Below, piece by piece: positions 31,303-44,150 of a DNA stretch of 64,000 nucleotides. The first letter of the stretch is position 1. The number at the start of each line of letters is the position of its first letter. Below the pieces are notes generated by a model. The model did no database searches, was not told the origin of the DNA, and saw nothing but the letters and a program-made list of their open reading frames with translations. The DNA comes from the human T2T-CHM13v2.0 reference genome, Homo sapiens. Location: NCBI RefSeq assembly GCF_009914755.1, contig NC_060925.1, one strand, 5' to 3'. The translations under genes and the position numbers were made by a program.

Positions 31303-32588
31303 GGACTTCTCTGCATTGGTTATTCTAGTTAGCCATTTGTCTAATCTTTTTTCAAGGTTTTTAACTTCTTTGCCATGGGTTCGAACTTCATCCTTTAGCT
31401 CATCGTAGTTTAATCATCTGAAGCCTTCTTCTCTCAACTCGTCAAAGTCATTCTCTGTCCAGCTTCGTTCCATTGCTGGTGAGGAGCTGTGTTCCTTTGG
31501 AGGAGGAGAGGAGCTCTGATTTTTAGAATTTTCAGTTTTTCTGCTCTGTTTTTTCCCCATCTTTGTGGTTTTATCTACCTTTGGTCTTTGATGATGGTGA
31601 CATACAGATGGGGTTTTGGTGTGGATGTCCTTTCTGTTTGTTAGTTTTCCTTCTAACAGTCAGGACCCTCAGCTGCAGGTGTGTTGGTGTTTGCCGGAGG
31701 TCCACTCCAGACCCTGTTTGCCTGGGTATCAGCAGCGGAGGCTGCAGAACAGCAGATATTGGTGAACAGCAAATGTTGCTGCCTGATCGTTCGTCTGGAA
31801 GTTTTGTCTCAGAGGAGTACCCGGCTGTGTGAGGTGTCAGTCTGCCCCTACTGGGGGGTGCCTCCCAGTTAGGCTACTCGGGGGTCAGGTTCCCACTTGA
31901 GGAGGCAGTCTGCCCGCTCTCAGATCTTGAGCTGCGTGCTGGGAGAACCACTACTCTCTTCAAAGCTGTCAGACAGGGACATTTAAGTCTGCAGAAGTTT
32001 CTGCTGCCTTTTGTTTGGCTATGCCCTGTCCCCAAAGGTGGAATCTACAGAGGCAGACCAGCATCCTGGAGTTGTGGTGGGCTTCACCCAGTTCGAGCTT
32101 CCCAGCCGCTTTGTTTACCTACTCAAGCCTCAGCAATGGTGGGCACCCCTCCCCTAGCCTCCCTGCCACCTTGCAGTTTGATCTCAGACTGCTGTGCTAG
32201 CAATGAGCGAGGCTCCGTGGGTGTAGGACCCTCTGAGCCAGGCGTGGGATATAATCTCCTGGTGTGCCATTTGCTAAGACTGTCGGAAAAGCACAGTATT
32301 AGGGTGGGAGTGACCCGATTTTCCAGGTGCCGTGCATCACCCCTTTCCTTGGCTAGGAAAGCGAATTCCCCAACCCCTTGCGCTTCCTGGGTGAGGCCAT
32401 GCCTCGCCCTGCTTCGGCTCAGGCTCAGTGCACTGCATCCACTGTCCTGCACCCACTCTCCGACAATCCCCAGTGAGATGCATCCAGTACCTCAGTTGGA
32501 AATGCAGAAATCATTCATCTTCTGCGTCGCTCACGCTGGGAGCTGTAGACTGGAGCTGTTCCTATTCGGCCATCTTGGCTCCACCTCC
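31303..32588 (-). mobile_element. 5' UTR and start of ORF1 of the older L1PA (L1PA4/5-like); right piece of the split outer element
   Basis: Reverse complement of GGAGGTGGAGCCAAGATGGCCG at 32588. Full 5' UTR, ORF1 ATG at about 31560, truncated about 260 nt into ORF1. Right TSD copy agaatattagcatt at 32589-32602. Confidence 0.93.
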
Positions 32589-32669
32589 AGAATATTAGCA
32601 TTAAGACATCACTTCCAGATGCTGGGGTCTCAGTTTTTGAGCAATCCCAGGGAAGCAGTCACACCCTGA
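32136..32669 (+). CDS. ORF0-like antisense ORF of the outer L1 (177 aa, runs into flank; expression unproven)
   Basis: MVGTPPLASLPPCSLISDCCASNERGSVGVGPSEPG is homologous to ORF0. The first donor position is GC (CCAG|GCgtgg); the second (TTCCAG|GTgc) is intact. Confidence 0.4.
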   Translation: MVGTPPLASLPPCSLISDCCASNERGSVGVGPSEPGVGYNLLVCHLLRLSEKHSIRVGVTRFSRCRASPLSLARKANSPTPCASWVRPCLALLRLRLSALHPLSCTHSPTIPSEMHPVPQLEMQKSFIFCVAHAGSCRLELFLFGHLGSTSRILALRHHFQMLGSQFLSNPREAVTP

Positions 32670-34049
32670 GTTATATATAGCCATCTTGTTTTTTTAACAG
32701 TCTGCTCAGGTGGGTGGGGTGATGAGTGATCATGGAATGTGCAGCACCATGGGAAATCAGCCATGAAATAAGCTCCTTGAAGAGCTAACTCAAGAGACTG
32801 GGACAGACCAGGTTGTGAGAGTCAGAGAACAAAGGCAGGTCTCCAAAACTCCAGAGTGCACTACCAGCAGACCCAGTCAGAAAAGAAGGTCAAAACAAGA
32901 AGATGAACAACATAGAAAGAACATAGAGAATTTCTGGGATATATTCGTTCATGTTGTTTGTACATGGATTTTTTTTTATTGGAGCACCCACTAGCCTTGT
33001 CCCAATGATATTATACTGAACCACTTGTCTGTAAAAAGAAGATTCTGTAACTATCAATGCAGTGGAGGTAAAATGGAACCTGGGGCTGGCTCAATGGTCT
33101 GGCTACAATTTAATGCACACCCCCGATAGTATGCTTAATATTCACTGGGCTGCTTCTCGTACTGTGCACTTACCCATGCATACATGCACATTTCTGCGTA
33201 TAACAAGCACACTCACAAGTACATATTCAAGCACATGTAAACACATGGATACAAATATTCACATACAAAAAAGAAGTCATACACATCATACATATATTCT
33301 GTGCATGGTTTTCACTGTATGTGAACAAAGTCAGGACTCCCAAGGGAAAAGTGCTGGCTGTAACTGGTTGATGGAAATCTTACTAGGTACATTCATCTCC
33401 TCCGAATGATAATGACTACAGGAGACTGCCAGGCTGCTCCATTCATTCTTTATATTCTGGTTAATTACAAGACATTTTCCCGCTGTTGTAAAGGTTAGCG
33501 GGACACATGGTACACATTTAGCTAGAAGAATCTGGCAATACAAATGTCTCTCTAGTCTGCAGCATGACTTACTGGGCTGAGCTAGTGGGAGACAAGGACC
33601 TGTTAGGAGAGGAGAGAGCAAAGGGAGGCCTAACCTGTCTCCAAGGCTCTGGGAGTCAAGAAGTGGAGGGAATCTGCATCTTCTTTTCTTCCCAATGGAT
33701 TCAGACTTCCCTCTATGAGGGTGAGCCCCTCCAATAAACTAGATCATTCCCCTTGCCCTGCCACTTGCCAGTCTTGCTGGCTGAACCATCTTTTCCTTTC
33801 CTGCCACTACTCCTTCTCCAAATCCAATTTGCTCAGCCTTACACAATTTCTCCAATGTGTATCCTTCTTTCAATGTTCTAAGACACTCCTACCTATACTC
33901 ATCCTCTTTTGCTAGAGTTTTCTTTGCAGATTCAACCCCTCCAGCCCATCTTTTAAAAAGTTGCAGGGGGTGATCTTTCAAAAACTGAAATCTGACCTTG
34001 CCTTTTTCCTACTTGAAAAATTGTTGGGTATACATCCTGCATTCTGCCC

Positions 34050-35860
34050 CTCCCTTGTAGCTGAGGGCTGCCTCGCCATTTAGCCACCTACCCTGCAGAA
34101 ATGCTTTCATTACCCACAGTCCTTTGCCAGATGAAGCCAGGGTTTGGCACACTGGTTCCTCACCTCACTCAGAATTATCCCAAAGATGGACAATGCAGTG
34201 CACATGCTTGAGACCTAATGCTTCAAGGTACAGACCTTCTAGCAGGTGCTGTAGCCATTACTATGATGCCAAAGGGAAGAACAGTGATTCCTGAACAGAG
34301 ATAGGGAAGCCTCAAAGTAACAGAAGATGATGTGTCTGTTGCGGGTCAATTGACTTACAAGATAAATGTTGGCACCAGATTTGATCAGGATGTTGCTAAC
34401 ACACAAATGAAGAGGGTGGGGTGGCACCACCATTGCTACTGTACTGGCATGCTCCGTCACCATGGAAGGCTTGGTAGAGATTAGCAAAGGTGTTAATCCA
34501 GTGGAAACCAGGAAAGGTGTGATGTTATGTGCTGATACTGTAATTACCAAACTTAAGAAGCAGCCTAAACCTGTGACAACTCCTGAAGAGATTTCTCCAT
34601 TTACACAATGTCTGCAAATGGAGACAAACAAATCAGCAATATCATTTCTGATGTAATCACAAATGTTGGAAGGGTGTCATCACAGTAAAGGACAGAAAAA
34701 TACTGAATGAATTAGACAACAGAGATTGACCAAGATTACATCTCTTCCTACTTGAATAACATATGAGAAGTCCAGAAAGGAGAATTCTAGGATGCTTGGG
34801 ATTTCCAGTAAGCAGTTAATTGTACCCACCTTAAAATTGCCAATGTCCACTGAAAGTCTTTGGTCATAATTGCTGAAGATGCTCTCAGTATGATCATTTA
34901 AAATAGGATAAAAGTTGGCATTTGGGCTACAGTAGTCAAAACTCCAGGCTTTGGTGACACAGAAAGACCAAACAAAGCTATTGCTATAATGGCATGGTGT
35001 TTGGAAGAGAGCTTGACCCTAAAGCTTGAAGATGTTCAGTTTCATGACTTAGGAAAAGTTGGAGCAGTCATTGTGACCAAAGATGATGCCATGTTCTTGG
35101 AAGGAAAAGGTGACAAGACTCAAACTGAGAAAAATATGCAAGAAATAATTGAGCAGTTAGATGTTACTATTAGTGTCTATGAAAAAGGAAAACTAGAAGA
35201 ACATCCGGCAAAATTTTGGATGCAATAGCTGTGCTGAAGGTTGATGGGAAAAATGATGTGGAAGAGAATGAAAAAAACAGAGTCAGATACACTGAATGTT
35301 ACAGGAGTTACAATTGAAAAAGATATCATTTGGGTGTTTTGCCTTGGTACATTTCATCCTTAGATTCACTGCTCCAGCTAATGAAGAGTAAAAAGTTAGT
35401 ATAGAAATAATTAAAAGAACACTCAAAATTCTGGCAATAGCTATTGCTAAGAATTCAGGTGTTGAAGGATCACCCACCGACAGTCGAGAAAATTATGCAA
35501 AGCTCCCCAGAAGCTGGTTATGCACTACGCTCAGAGATTTTTTGAAAATGGTAGAAAAAATAATCATCAACTCAACTAAGGTTGTAAAAAGTGCTTTGTT
35601 GGATGCTGCTTCCGTGGATTCTCAGTTAACCACAGCAAAACTGAGACCACTGGAATTCCTAAAGAAGAGAAGGATCTGGCATGGTAAATGGGAAGCAGTG
35701 TTGGGAGTAGCATGTTCTAGTTCCCAGAATAGTGCTTTGTCATTATTAATAAGCCATGTGGGGTTATTCACTAACTTCGGTGAATTCAGCTGGAGACAAT
35801 GATGAGAGGAAAGAGAGATGTTTAAGAAATCACTCTAGCCATTGGTTATTGGTTTTGATA
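34050..35860 (+). pseudogene. HSPD1P14: HSPD1 (mitochondrial HSP60) processed pseudogene, probably HSPD1P14 or its orthologue
   Basis: 'gcagaaATGctttcattacccacagtc' at 34101 matches the HSPD1 start. Fragments [16 protein letters not shown]...[32 protein letters not shown] and TKVVKSALLDAASV are present. Ends 'gcatgttcTAG' at 35720 plus a 3' UTR remnant. No introns, many stops and frameshifts. The P14 number is recalled from locus context. Confidence 0.9.
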
Positions 35861-37539
35861 GCCTATGCGGCCTAAGCAATACTGTTTTCTCTACCTGGGA
35901 CATTCTTTCCTCCCCTTCTGTGCCTGGCTACCTCTTATTTGTAGGTACCCAGGACCTCACTCAAATGTTATTGCCTCCCTATGGGTGTCTACATCTCTCA
36001 GGTAGAAGTCATTGCCCTCCTCAAGACTTCCTTCAGACCTCTGTTGAAACCCCAACGCACTGCAAAATCATGTCCTGTTCTTCTAGCTGTTGCCCCATGA
36101 GCTTGTGCATCTATATTCTGTGATGACACTGAACCAGGCACACAGAAGTTTCCCAGTGACAGTTTGATGACTGAGTGAATGAACGACTGTTATAAGAATA
36201 TGTGCTTTAAATTCATTTCCTGTCAAAAGGAGTGGGTTACGCTTGAAACCTGGTGAGGTCACGGGTGCCATATTTTGTGTGCCTACATCAGTAACAGGCT
36301 CACTCTGGACTGAACTCACGAGCTCAGTTTTGTGGACCCTGGGCTCCTGAGCCAAGCAGCAACAAGCCTGCAATTTTTGCAGAGACCTTTGGAGGTGCAG
36401 AACCTGGAAATTAGGCTGGAAAGTTTAGCAGATCAGCAGGCCAAGAATAGGACAAAAGAGTCAGAACATGGACCACAGGATGCCTGAAGCACTTTCATTC
36501 TGGCCTCAGATTGAAGCCAAGTCACAGGCAAGAACCCAACATGTTCAATGGAAAACAGAAGCTTCAGCTTGTTATTATAAAAAGCCTCAACCATCTCAGT
36601 AAATGCAAATGTTTTCAAATGAATAAGTTTATTCTGCAGACAATTGAAACTCAGTGCAGGACTTCTAGAAGGCAAAGGAGCCAGTGGTTTTCACTGTGGA
36701 ATATCTTCCATCTCTCAGTCAGCAGGGTTGACTTGGCAAGAGAGGCAGTGACAGGTATAGGAAAGGCAGGCTGGGATCTGACTGAAGGGAGGGGCCAAAT
36801 GACGATCATTAGGTCAGAGTGGAAAGCAAAGAGCAGGTGTCTAAGGAAGAGCCAGAGGCACCAGCTCTTTCTCACTGTGCAAGGGTTTCACCATTTAACA
36901 AGTGAGTCAAAGTGATTGATGAATATGAGGATTGAGGGTTCCACTTCCTCAGAACCTACCAAGTGCCAGGTATTTTATACTGGGATCTTCTTTCATTTCC
37001 AATAGCCCTGTAGGGTTAACAAGAGCCCCTCTCTACAGATGAGGAGGGAGATAATGAGGGTGCTGTCCTCCCAGCCAGGGAAGCCCCTCACCAGTTGTGA
37101 TTAGCAGGCATTGAGTGCATTAAGAAAGGTTCTTCTCACCATCATTTCCATAGACTTGAAACATTCCTGGCCTGGAGGCAGACGGATTGATTACACAACC
37201 TCAATAGGCCTACCAGAACTGAAAAAAAAAACCTTAAGGAACTTTAAAGTCTTGTGGTTGCCAAACACTTTGGCTACAGGAACTTATCATTTTAACATAC
37301 TCTTAGGTAAATACCCACTACATAAAATACTTCAAAGAGAAACTGCTCAGGTTGAAGTAGGGGTGGAAACCTGAAGTCCCACCCACTCAGCCACTATCAA
37401 ACCATGCTGGAGGACCTGTTAGTCTCCAAGGAACCCAATTTGAAAACCACTTTTTTGGCCCTATCCTCTCATGTTATACATGGGGAGGGGAATGGTGGTC
37501 TCAGCCTCTACTTTGGTTTGAACTTTTCACATCATTATC

Positions 37540-38100
37540 TCTAGCCCAGACCCTTCTTCCCTGAGCTACAGACCCACAGAATAGTTAACTGCTCACTAGA
37601 TAGTCTCCCAATCCCTGACATCCCAACATTACCCAGAATCAATGTGTCCCAAGCAAACTTCATCCCCCATCTGTTTCTGCCCCAGACCATCTTTGTTAAT
37701 ATCATTTTTCTAAAACCACTTAAGCTAGATTCATCCCTGACTCCTTCATCTCCTTCAACCCCATCCCCTCCCACTCCCACCAAATCTAACTAGCCATGAG
37801 TCCAGTGGGGTTTACCAGAAATACATTTGGTCTGTCCCTTCCTTTTCATCTTCACTCCTGTTTAAACTCTGGCCCTTGTTACCAATTCCCCAAGATTCTT
37901 AACCATTTTCTCAATTTGGATTCTAGGGCAAAGATCTTCCTAAAACGAAAATGTGATCACGTCTCCCCTTTCATTAACAACTTCTGATCACTTCTCATCT
38001 ATGACTCATGGAATCAAGCCCAACTCTACTGAGACTTTCACAACTTGACCACTACCACGCTTTCCAGTCTCAGTGCTCGCTACGTATCCTGCTTGCTTTT
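37540..38100 (+). mobile_element. LINE-2 fragment
   Basis: 'tctctagcccagacccttcttccctgagctacagaccc' and 'gatcttcctaaaacgaaaatgtgatcacgtc' L2 motifs. Confidence 0.65.
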
Positions 38101-38121
38101 CTCTAGGTGGCAGACTTGCCT

Positions 38122-38445
38122 CTAGGTTGGCAAACTTTTTCTGTAAAGGGCCTGATAGTAAATATATTAGGCCTGTGGGCCTCTTGTGTCAGTCATAAAC
38201 TGCTCAGCTCTGCCCTGGCAGTGCTAAAGCAGCCACAGACCAGGTGTAAATGAATGAGCGTAGCTGTGTTTCAATAAACCTTTCTGGACACTGAAATGTG
38301 AATTTCATGCAGTTTTCATGTGTCACGAAATATTATTTTTTTCAATTTTCTTTTCTTCAACTGTTCAAAAATGTAAAACCCATTCTTTGATGGAGGGCCA
38401 TAGAAAGGCAGGTGGAGGGCCGGATTTGGTCTGTGACTGCTGCTT
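38122..38445 (+). mobile_element. MER58-family (hAT-Charlie) non-autonomous DNA transposon
   Basis: Starts 'ggttggcaaactttttctgtaaagggcc'. Internal 'agctgtgtttcaataaacc' and 'gggccggatttgg'. Confidence 0.75.
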
Positions 38446-39109
38446 TAGACGCATGGAAGTAGTTGTGGTTCATTAGATGTGGTAGTTTCATGCTTTCTTG
38501 CCTTTGCTTGACCTGGAACATATCTTCCCATGGTCTGTCTGGCATCTTTCTGAGACCCACATTTAAGTCACTGCCTCTTTTTTGGCTTTCCTTAAATCCT
38601 TCTGGCAAAACTAATTGCCCTTTTATCTCTAGCCCAGGAACTCTTAATCAGGCCTCAATTACAGCTCTTATCATGCTGTACAGAAGTTATAGATTTATGT
38701 CTGTGCCTCTCTTTAACCTGTTCTCCTTAAGAGCAGAGATTGGCCTAGGCGCATTCATCTTTTTTGCTGTCACATAGTAATGTCACCCCAAAATGCTTGT
38801 TAAACTGAACACAGTTGCCTACCTCCTGATAACCAGTCCGAAGCAGAGCCCGACTAGAACTCAGGCCTTCTGATACCCTGTGGTATTAGGTAAAACTGTG
38901 TCTGGCCACAGACATCCTAAATTCTGATTGGACTGAGACCAGAATATAATGTACTATGTTGTAGGTTATCTTTTATTTTAAGTTTACTTCTTTTTGTTTA
39001 TCTGGGAAAAAATCTCTCTCAATACCATTAGAAGTTGGTAATCATTAGCTCTGAAGTGCCATAAATCACTTAAGACTATAGTGCCACAAAGCTGACTGTG
39101 GGTGAAACT

Positions 39110-39693
39110 GATCCAATGCCAGTGATTCTTCCCCTGCCCTTCCAGGTCCATTCTTTAAACCTCTCTGCCCTGTTCTGTGCCCCAAGAAGCTGACCTCTGT
39201 GGACTGCTAGAGAGCAAGGGAGCCTGGTGGTAATGCCAGCCAGAGATCCCAGGGCAGGGAGCAGGACAGAGCAGGGCCTCTGTTTCCTTGCTCTTGGCTT
39301 CCTGTTGGATTGGCAGATGGGAAGCACAGTGGATGGGAGAGAGAGAGGAGAGAGGTCAAGCTACTGATCCCCTGATCCCCTCCTCACGCCCTGGCTACTA
39401 TGGATCCCTGTGGTCCCCTCCTCCTGCACTGCAGGTAGGGAATAGCTTTCCAGGTCTGCCAAGGGGCAGACCTCTCTTCTATGGCTCCAGCTCTTGCCAC
39501 CTTCTTCCCTGGTCCCTTTGCACACCTAGTGGTGGTGTAGGCCACCTGCTGCTTAGTCCTCAGGGGCCTCACCATCTCTTGCGGGCTCCTTTGACTCCAC
39601 CCTCACCTCTGTACATTGTGCCTTCACTAAACCCTCTACCGTTAAAGCTGTGCAGTATTCCTCCTGTCTCCCGCTGGACCCCTGACTGAAATC
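39110..39693 (+). mobile_element. ERVL solo LTR (LTR33-like)
   Basis: 'ccttccaggtcca...ccctgttctgtgccccaagaagctgacc' 5' part and 'gctggacccctgactga' 3' end. Similar to the reverse complements of the elements at 43.6 and 57.2 kb. Confidence 0.6.
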
Positions 39694-39780
39694 TATTTCT
39701 GCCACTGTTTTAGGATGTATTTGCAATAATAAAGCTTAGCTTGGTCTTTCCTGGCTCCAGAGTTTTTATTCCTTCAGAGT

Positions 39781-40045
39781 AGTAGTTGTCAACTGGAGGT
39801 GCTTGTGCACATAGGGACATCTGGCAATGTCTGGAGACTTTTTTGGTTGTCATGACTGTGTGTGTGTGGGGGGGCGCTGCTAATGGCTGCTGGTCCCTGT
39901 GGCTCCCTCCTACTGCACTGTGTCTAGCATCTAATGGGCAGAGGCCAAGCACGCTGCTAAACATCCTGCTATGCACAGGACACTTCCTCACAACAAAGAA
40001 TTATCCAGCTCACAATGTCAATAGCGCAGAGCCTGAGAAACCTTG
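39781..40045 (+). mobile_element. MER20 DNA transposon with an internal insertion of about 40 bp
   Basis: 'gggacatctggcaatgtctggagactttttggttgtcatgactg', 'gctgctaaacatcct' and 'caacaaagaattatccagc...aatgtcaatag...gagaaacc'. Confidence 0.8.
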
Positions 40046-40174
40046 CTTTAGAAAGTCAACAATGGAGTTACTAAACGATCACTGTATATCCTTGCACTAT
40101 GCGGTCTCAGTCAGGAAAACACTAGAAAAAGCAGGTTTCAAGGAAGAATCATTTATTAACAGAATCACAATAAT

Positions 40175-40380
40175 TGAGCATGCCAGACCCAAATCAACAC
40201 TGCTGGGCTGCAAATCCTGGCTCCTACATACTATTAATGAGACCTGAGCCAGCTAGTTACCCTCTCTATGACTCTCGTTCCTCAACTGTAAAATGGGACG
40301 GGTAATAGTATCTCCTTCACGCAGTTGCTGTTAGGATTGAACAAAGTAATAAATGCCAAGCGCTTAAAATCTAGCAAGTC
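40175..40380 (+). mobile_element. MIR SINE
   Basis: MIR core 'ttcctcaactgtaaaatgggacgggtaatagtatct...gttgctgttaggattgaa'. Confidence 0.7.
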
Positions 40381-42416
40381 CTCTTTATACACTGGCGCAC
40401 ACTAACATGCAAAACTTCATTCTGGGCTATGCTAAGGATGATAGAGGGAACAGAGAACAGGGCCTGCTTTCAAGAAGTTTGCAACTAAAACAGTGCTTTT
40501 TAGATTGTGAGTTGTTCCCTGCTGCAGATTTGTAAAATTAATTTAGAGGCTGCAACTAGCATTTAAAAATAAAAATGACATTTTCAGACTACATTGTACA
40601 CAGTAAATACCACTTGGTCATATTTTCCTTTTAGCTCTACAGATATATGCTTATACTGGGTTGTGATTTTTTTTTTTACAGTGGGGTGGGATGAGCAAAA
40701 CAAAGTTTGAAAGCTACGGTTAATAGGAAATGGAAGACACCCAAAGCACCATCAGAGGAGGCCCTGTAATTCTGCAAATACAGAATGAATTAGAGCTTTA
40801 CAGCTCACAGGCTGTGTGATCTTGGGCTAGTTACAACCTCTCTGAGCCCCAGCTTCCTCAGCTGGAGAAAAAATAAACAGAAATAAAAACAAATGTATCA
40901 CTTTACTGTGGGGAGTACTGAGTGGGGCAATGTACATACAGTGCCTAGCACGGGGCCTGGTGTGCACAGATGTGGAATCGATGTGTGATCTGGAGACTGC
41001 CAGGCTTGGGTTCTTGTCGCCCATTGCTGGCATCAAACCTTAACCTTAAAAACTGACAAATGGGCCCTCAGTAACTTGAAATATTAGAAACACCCAGCAC
41101 TTACTTAATCAGAAACAATTATAGCATTCATCTCTGCTTTTGTCTTTTGAGAAACACAGCAGAAAGATACAGACAGCTGTTCCACTCACACAAAGACCCA
41201 ACCTCAGCAGTGGAAAAAACATCTCCAAGAAAGCTCTCAGGGTAAGCCTTTGTTAAGCTACTGAACCAAGTTGGTTTCTTGTTTACTTTCTAGATATTTC
41301 AAATGGGTACACCACCCAAGGCTAAGTAAATTAGGCCGTTCCTAAAAGGTTCAGATTTTGAACGTAACGCTTCTTCCTTCAGAGCTGCTTTTATCCCAGT
41401 TTCCAGCCAGAAAGCCTGGCCCTAGGAGCCTTGTGGAGGGGGCACTACTCTGCCCTATGCTACCTTGAGGGTGAGCCAGCAGGCATTTGGCCTTGGAGCC
41501 CAGGGCTTCACACAGGTCCTTATACTTAATAGGTACACAATATAAGCTTGCTGTCTATTCTATTAAAACCAATAACAATTTGAGAGTGGTAATAGCTAAA
41601 GGCTTAATGAGCATGTTATGAGGCCAACCCTTGGTGTTTATCTCTATAAATTTTGAGTACTTTGAATAAACGCAATGTCGAAAAGGAATGTGCTCATCCG
41701 CTCCCATCTATCAGCTGGATTTTTGGATCTCTTCCAGTTACAGACAGCTCCTTGCTTCTGGGTTAACCCACTCCTTTTTATAGGTGGTTCTTGGGTTGGG
41801 AAATTCTTCATTATTGCAGCAGAAATCTGCTTAGCTGCGATCTCCACCTGCCATTCCTGGTCTGATCTGTTGCCACTAGACAGTTCTTCACAGATTTGAG
41901 CATCAAAGCTATCATGCTCCCTAAAGTGATTTTGGAATATATTCATGTTTTAGATAAAATGAAAAAGAGTAGAAATGTAGGCTGCAGAGGTCAGCAAAGG
42001 CTGGTGGTTAAGAGGGTGGGCTCCAGACTCAAAAGGCAGGAGTTCAGATGGCCTTGGGAAATTGGCTTAACCTCTCTGGGCCTTAGCTTCCTTGTCCATA
42101 AAGTGAGGTGATGACCGTGTTTCCTTTGCAGGATAATGATGAAGATTAAAGGAGATGGTACTTGCCAAGTGCCTAGCACTGTGCCTGGCTCTTAGCAGGC
42201 ATCTGGTATTAACTATTATGATTAGCCTGGCATGTGAGGGGCAGCTCCAGCTACATAATTTGGGAAACATCCCTCTCTGGGGCAAAAGACAAGGGCAGAT
42301 GCAGAGATGCAAATCTGCAGACCTCTGGTCTGCAAATAGAAACGTACAAAGAAGGCAAGGATGCCTGAAGCCACACCGGACCCAGTAGGGAGAGGTGATG
42401 AGCCCTCCAGGTGTCA

Positions 42417-42770
<354 letters not shown>

Positions 42771-43564
42771 TCATCCCACTGCTGGGTTTCCCTCAGCTGC
42801 TGGGAGGAGGCAACTGATCCTTCAGACCACAGCACCTCCTGCTTAAATTCCCTAAGCATTCCATCCTTTTTCTTTTTTCTAGTTCTTTGCCTTTTCTGCT
42901 TGGAATATATTCACCTGTAACGCTTTCTCCTGCCCATCCATGTCCCCCAAGATGACTTTGGGAAGCCCCTTAAGTATCACATCTGCAGTAAAGCATTCCC
43001 TACTCTCCTTGGCTTTGAAGCACAGATTTGGGTTCTTATCCAGGTTTCACCAGTGTGACCTTGGACCTGTTACTTAACCTTTTGGAGAACAGGAGTAATA
43101 CCAGCCCTAAGAGTTTGTAGGAATAAGTAAGAAATCTTACGCACAAAGAATCGAGGTCAGTATCTGGCACATGTTAGCTTAATAAATATAATTTTCCTTT
43201 GTCTTCCTCTGTGATGCCACAACATTTTATTCAAATTATAATTCAGTTATAGAAGTGTGTGGTTTCCTTAAGATAACTCCTCAAAGGGGGCAATGTGGCC
43301 TAGTAGTGAAGAAACTTGAGCTCTGGAGGGATCAGCTGTGTGAGCTCAGGAAAACTACAGAAACCCTCTGAGACTTAGTGACCTTATCTAAAACATGGGG
43401 ATCATGATGACCCCTCCCTCAAAAGCTTGCAAGGATTAAATGAGATAATACACAAAAGAAGATCTCAGCACAGTCCCTGGCAATAACAAGCTGTCAGTAA
43501 CGGCAGCTGCTGTTCCATTCTTCATCTTGATTTCCAGCTTCTAACACCATACTGGACACAAAGT

Positions 43565-44150
43565 AGGCATTTCAGGGTTCCAGCAGAAAACAGGTGTCAC
43601 AGTCATGTAAGAAGAGTCCCAGGAGTTTGATGAGTGACTCTTTTGCATAGGTCCTTATACCCTTTCTCTATACTCTTTCACATAGGTCCTTATATCCTAT
43701 GTGAAACAGTCATTCATCAAACTCTTGGAACTATAAAGGTGAGGGCCGACTATGGGGGAACCACCCGGGAGGGGCAGTATCCTGGGACTGGCAACTGAGG
43801 GACTTGTTACCACTCCCAATCCTGGAGCAGAGAGAAAATAGTTATCTCCAAACAGGGGGCTGCATGTAAGAAGACACCATATAGGACCCAGATCTTCTTT
43901 CACAATCTGGGGCTATAGCCAATTTGTGAAAAGCCCATCAAGAGGAGGCAAAGAATGAATACGCAGAACTCACTCTCTTCCTTCCCCTCCTCCAGTCTCC
44001 CACTGATTCTCCTGTTGATCTAGCCCAACTGGAAGCCAGAGAGCAAGAGAGCATACTGATGCAGCCCCTTAGGTAAGTATTCTCAGGCATGGAGCAAGGA
44101 GAAGGCAAGGGAGAGGATCTGGAGGTGCAAATGGAAGACATCCAGCATAG
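43565..44150 (-). mobile_element. ERVL solo LTR (LTR33-like)
   Basis: Ends 'ggatctggaggtgcaaatggaagacatccagca' and starts 'tcagggttccagcagaaaacag'. Confidence 0.6.

Noticed and set aside
34101-35720. Bacterial groEL or a functional HSP60 gene
   Set aside because: It carries the mammalian HSPD1 presequence and UTR remnants, has many frameshifts and sits among mammalian repeats, so it is a processed pseudogene.
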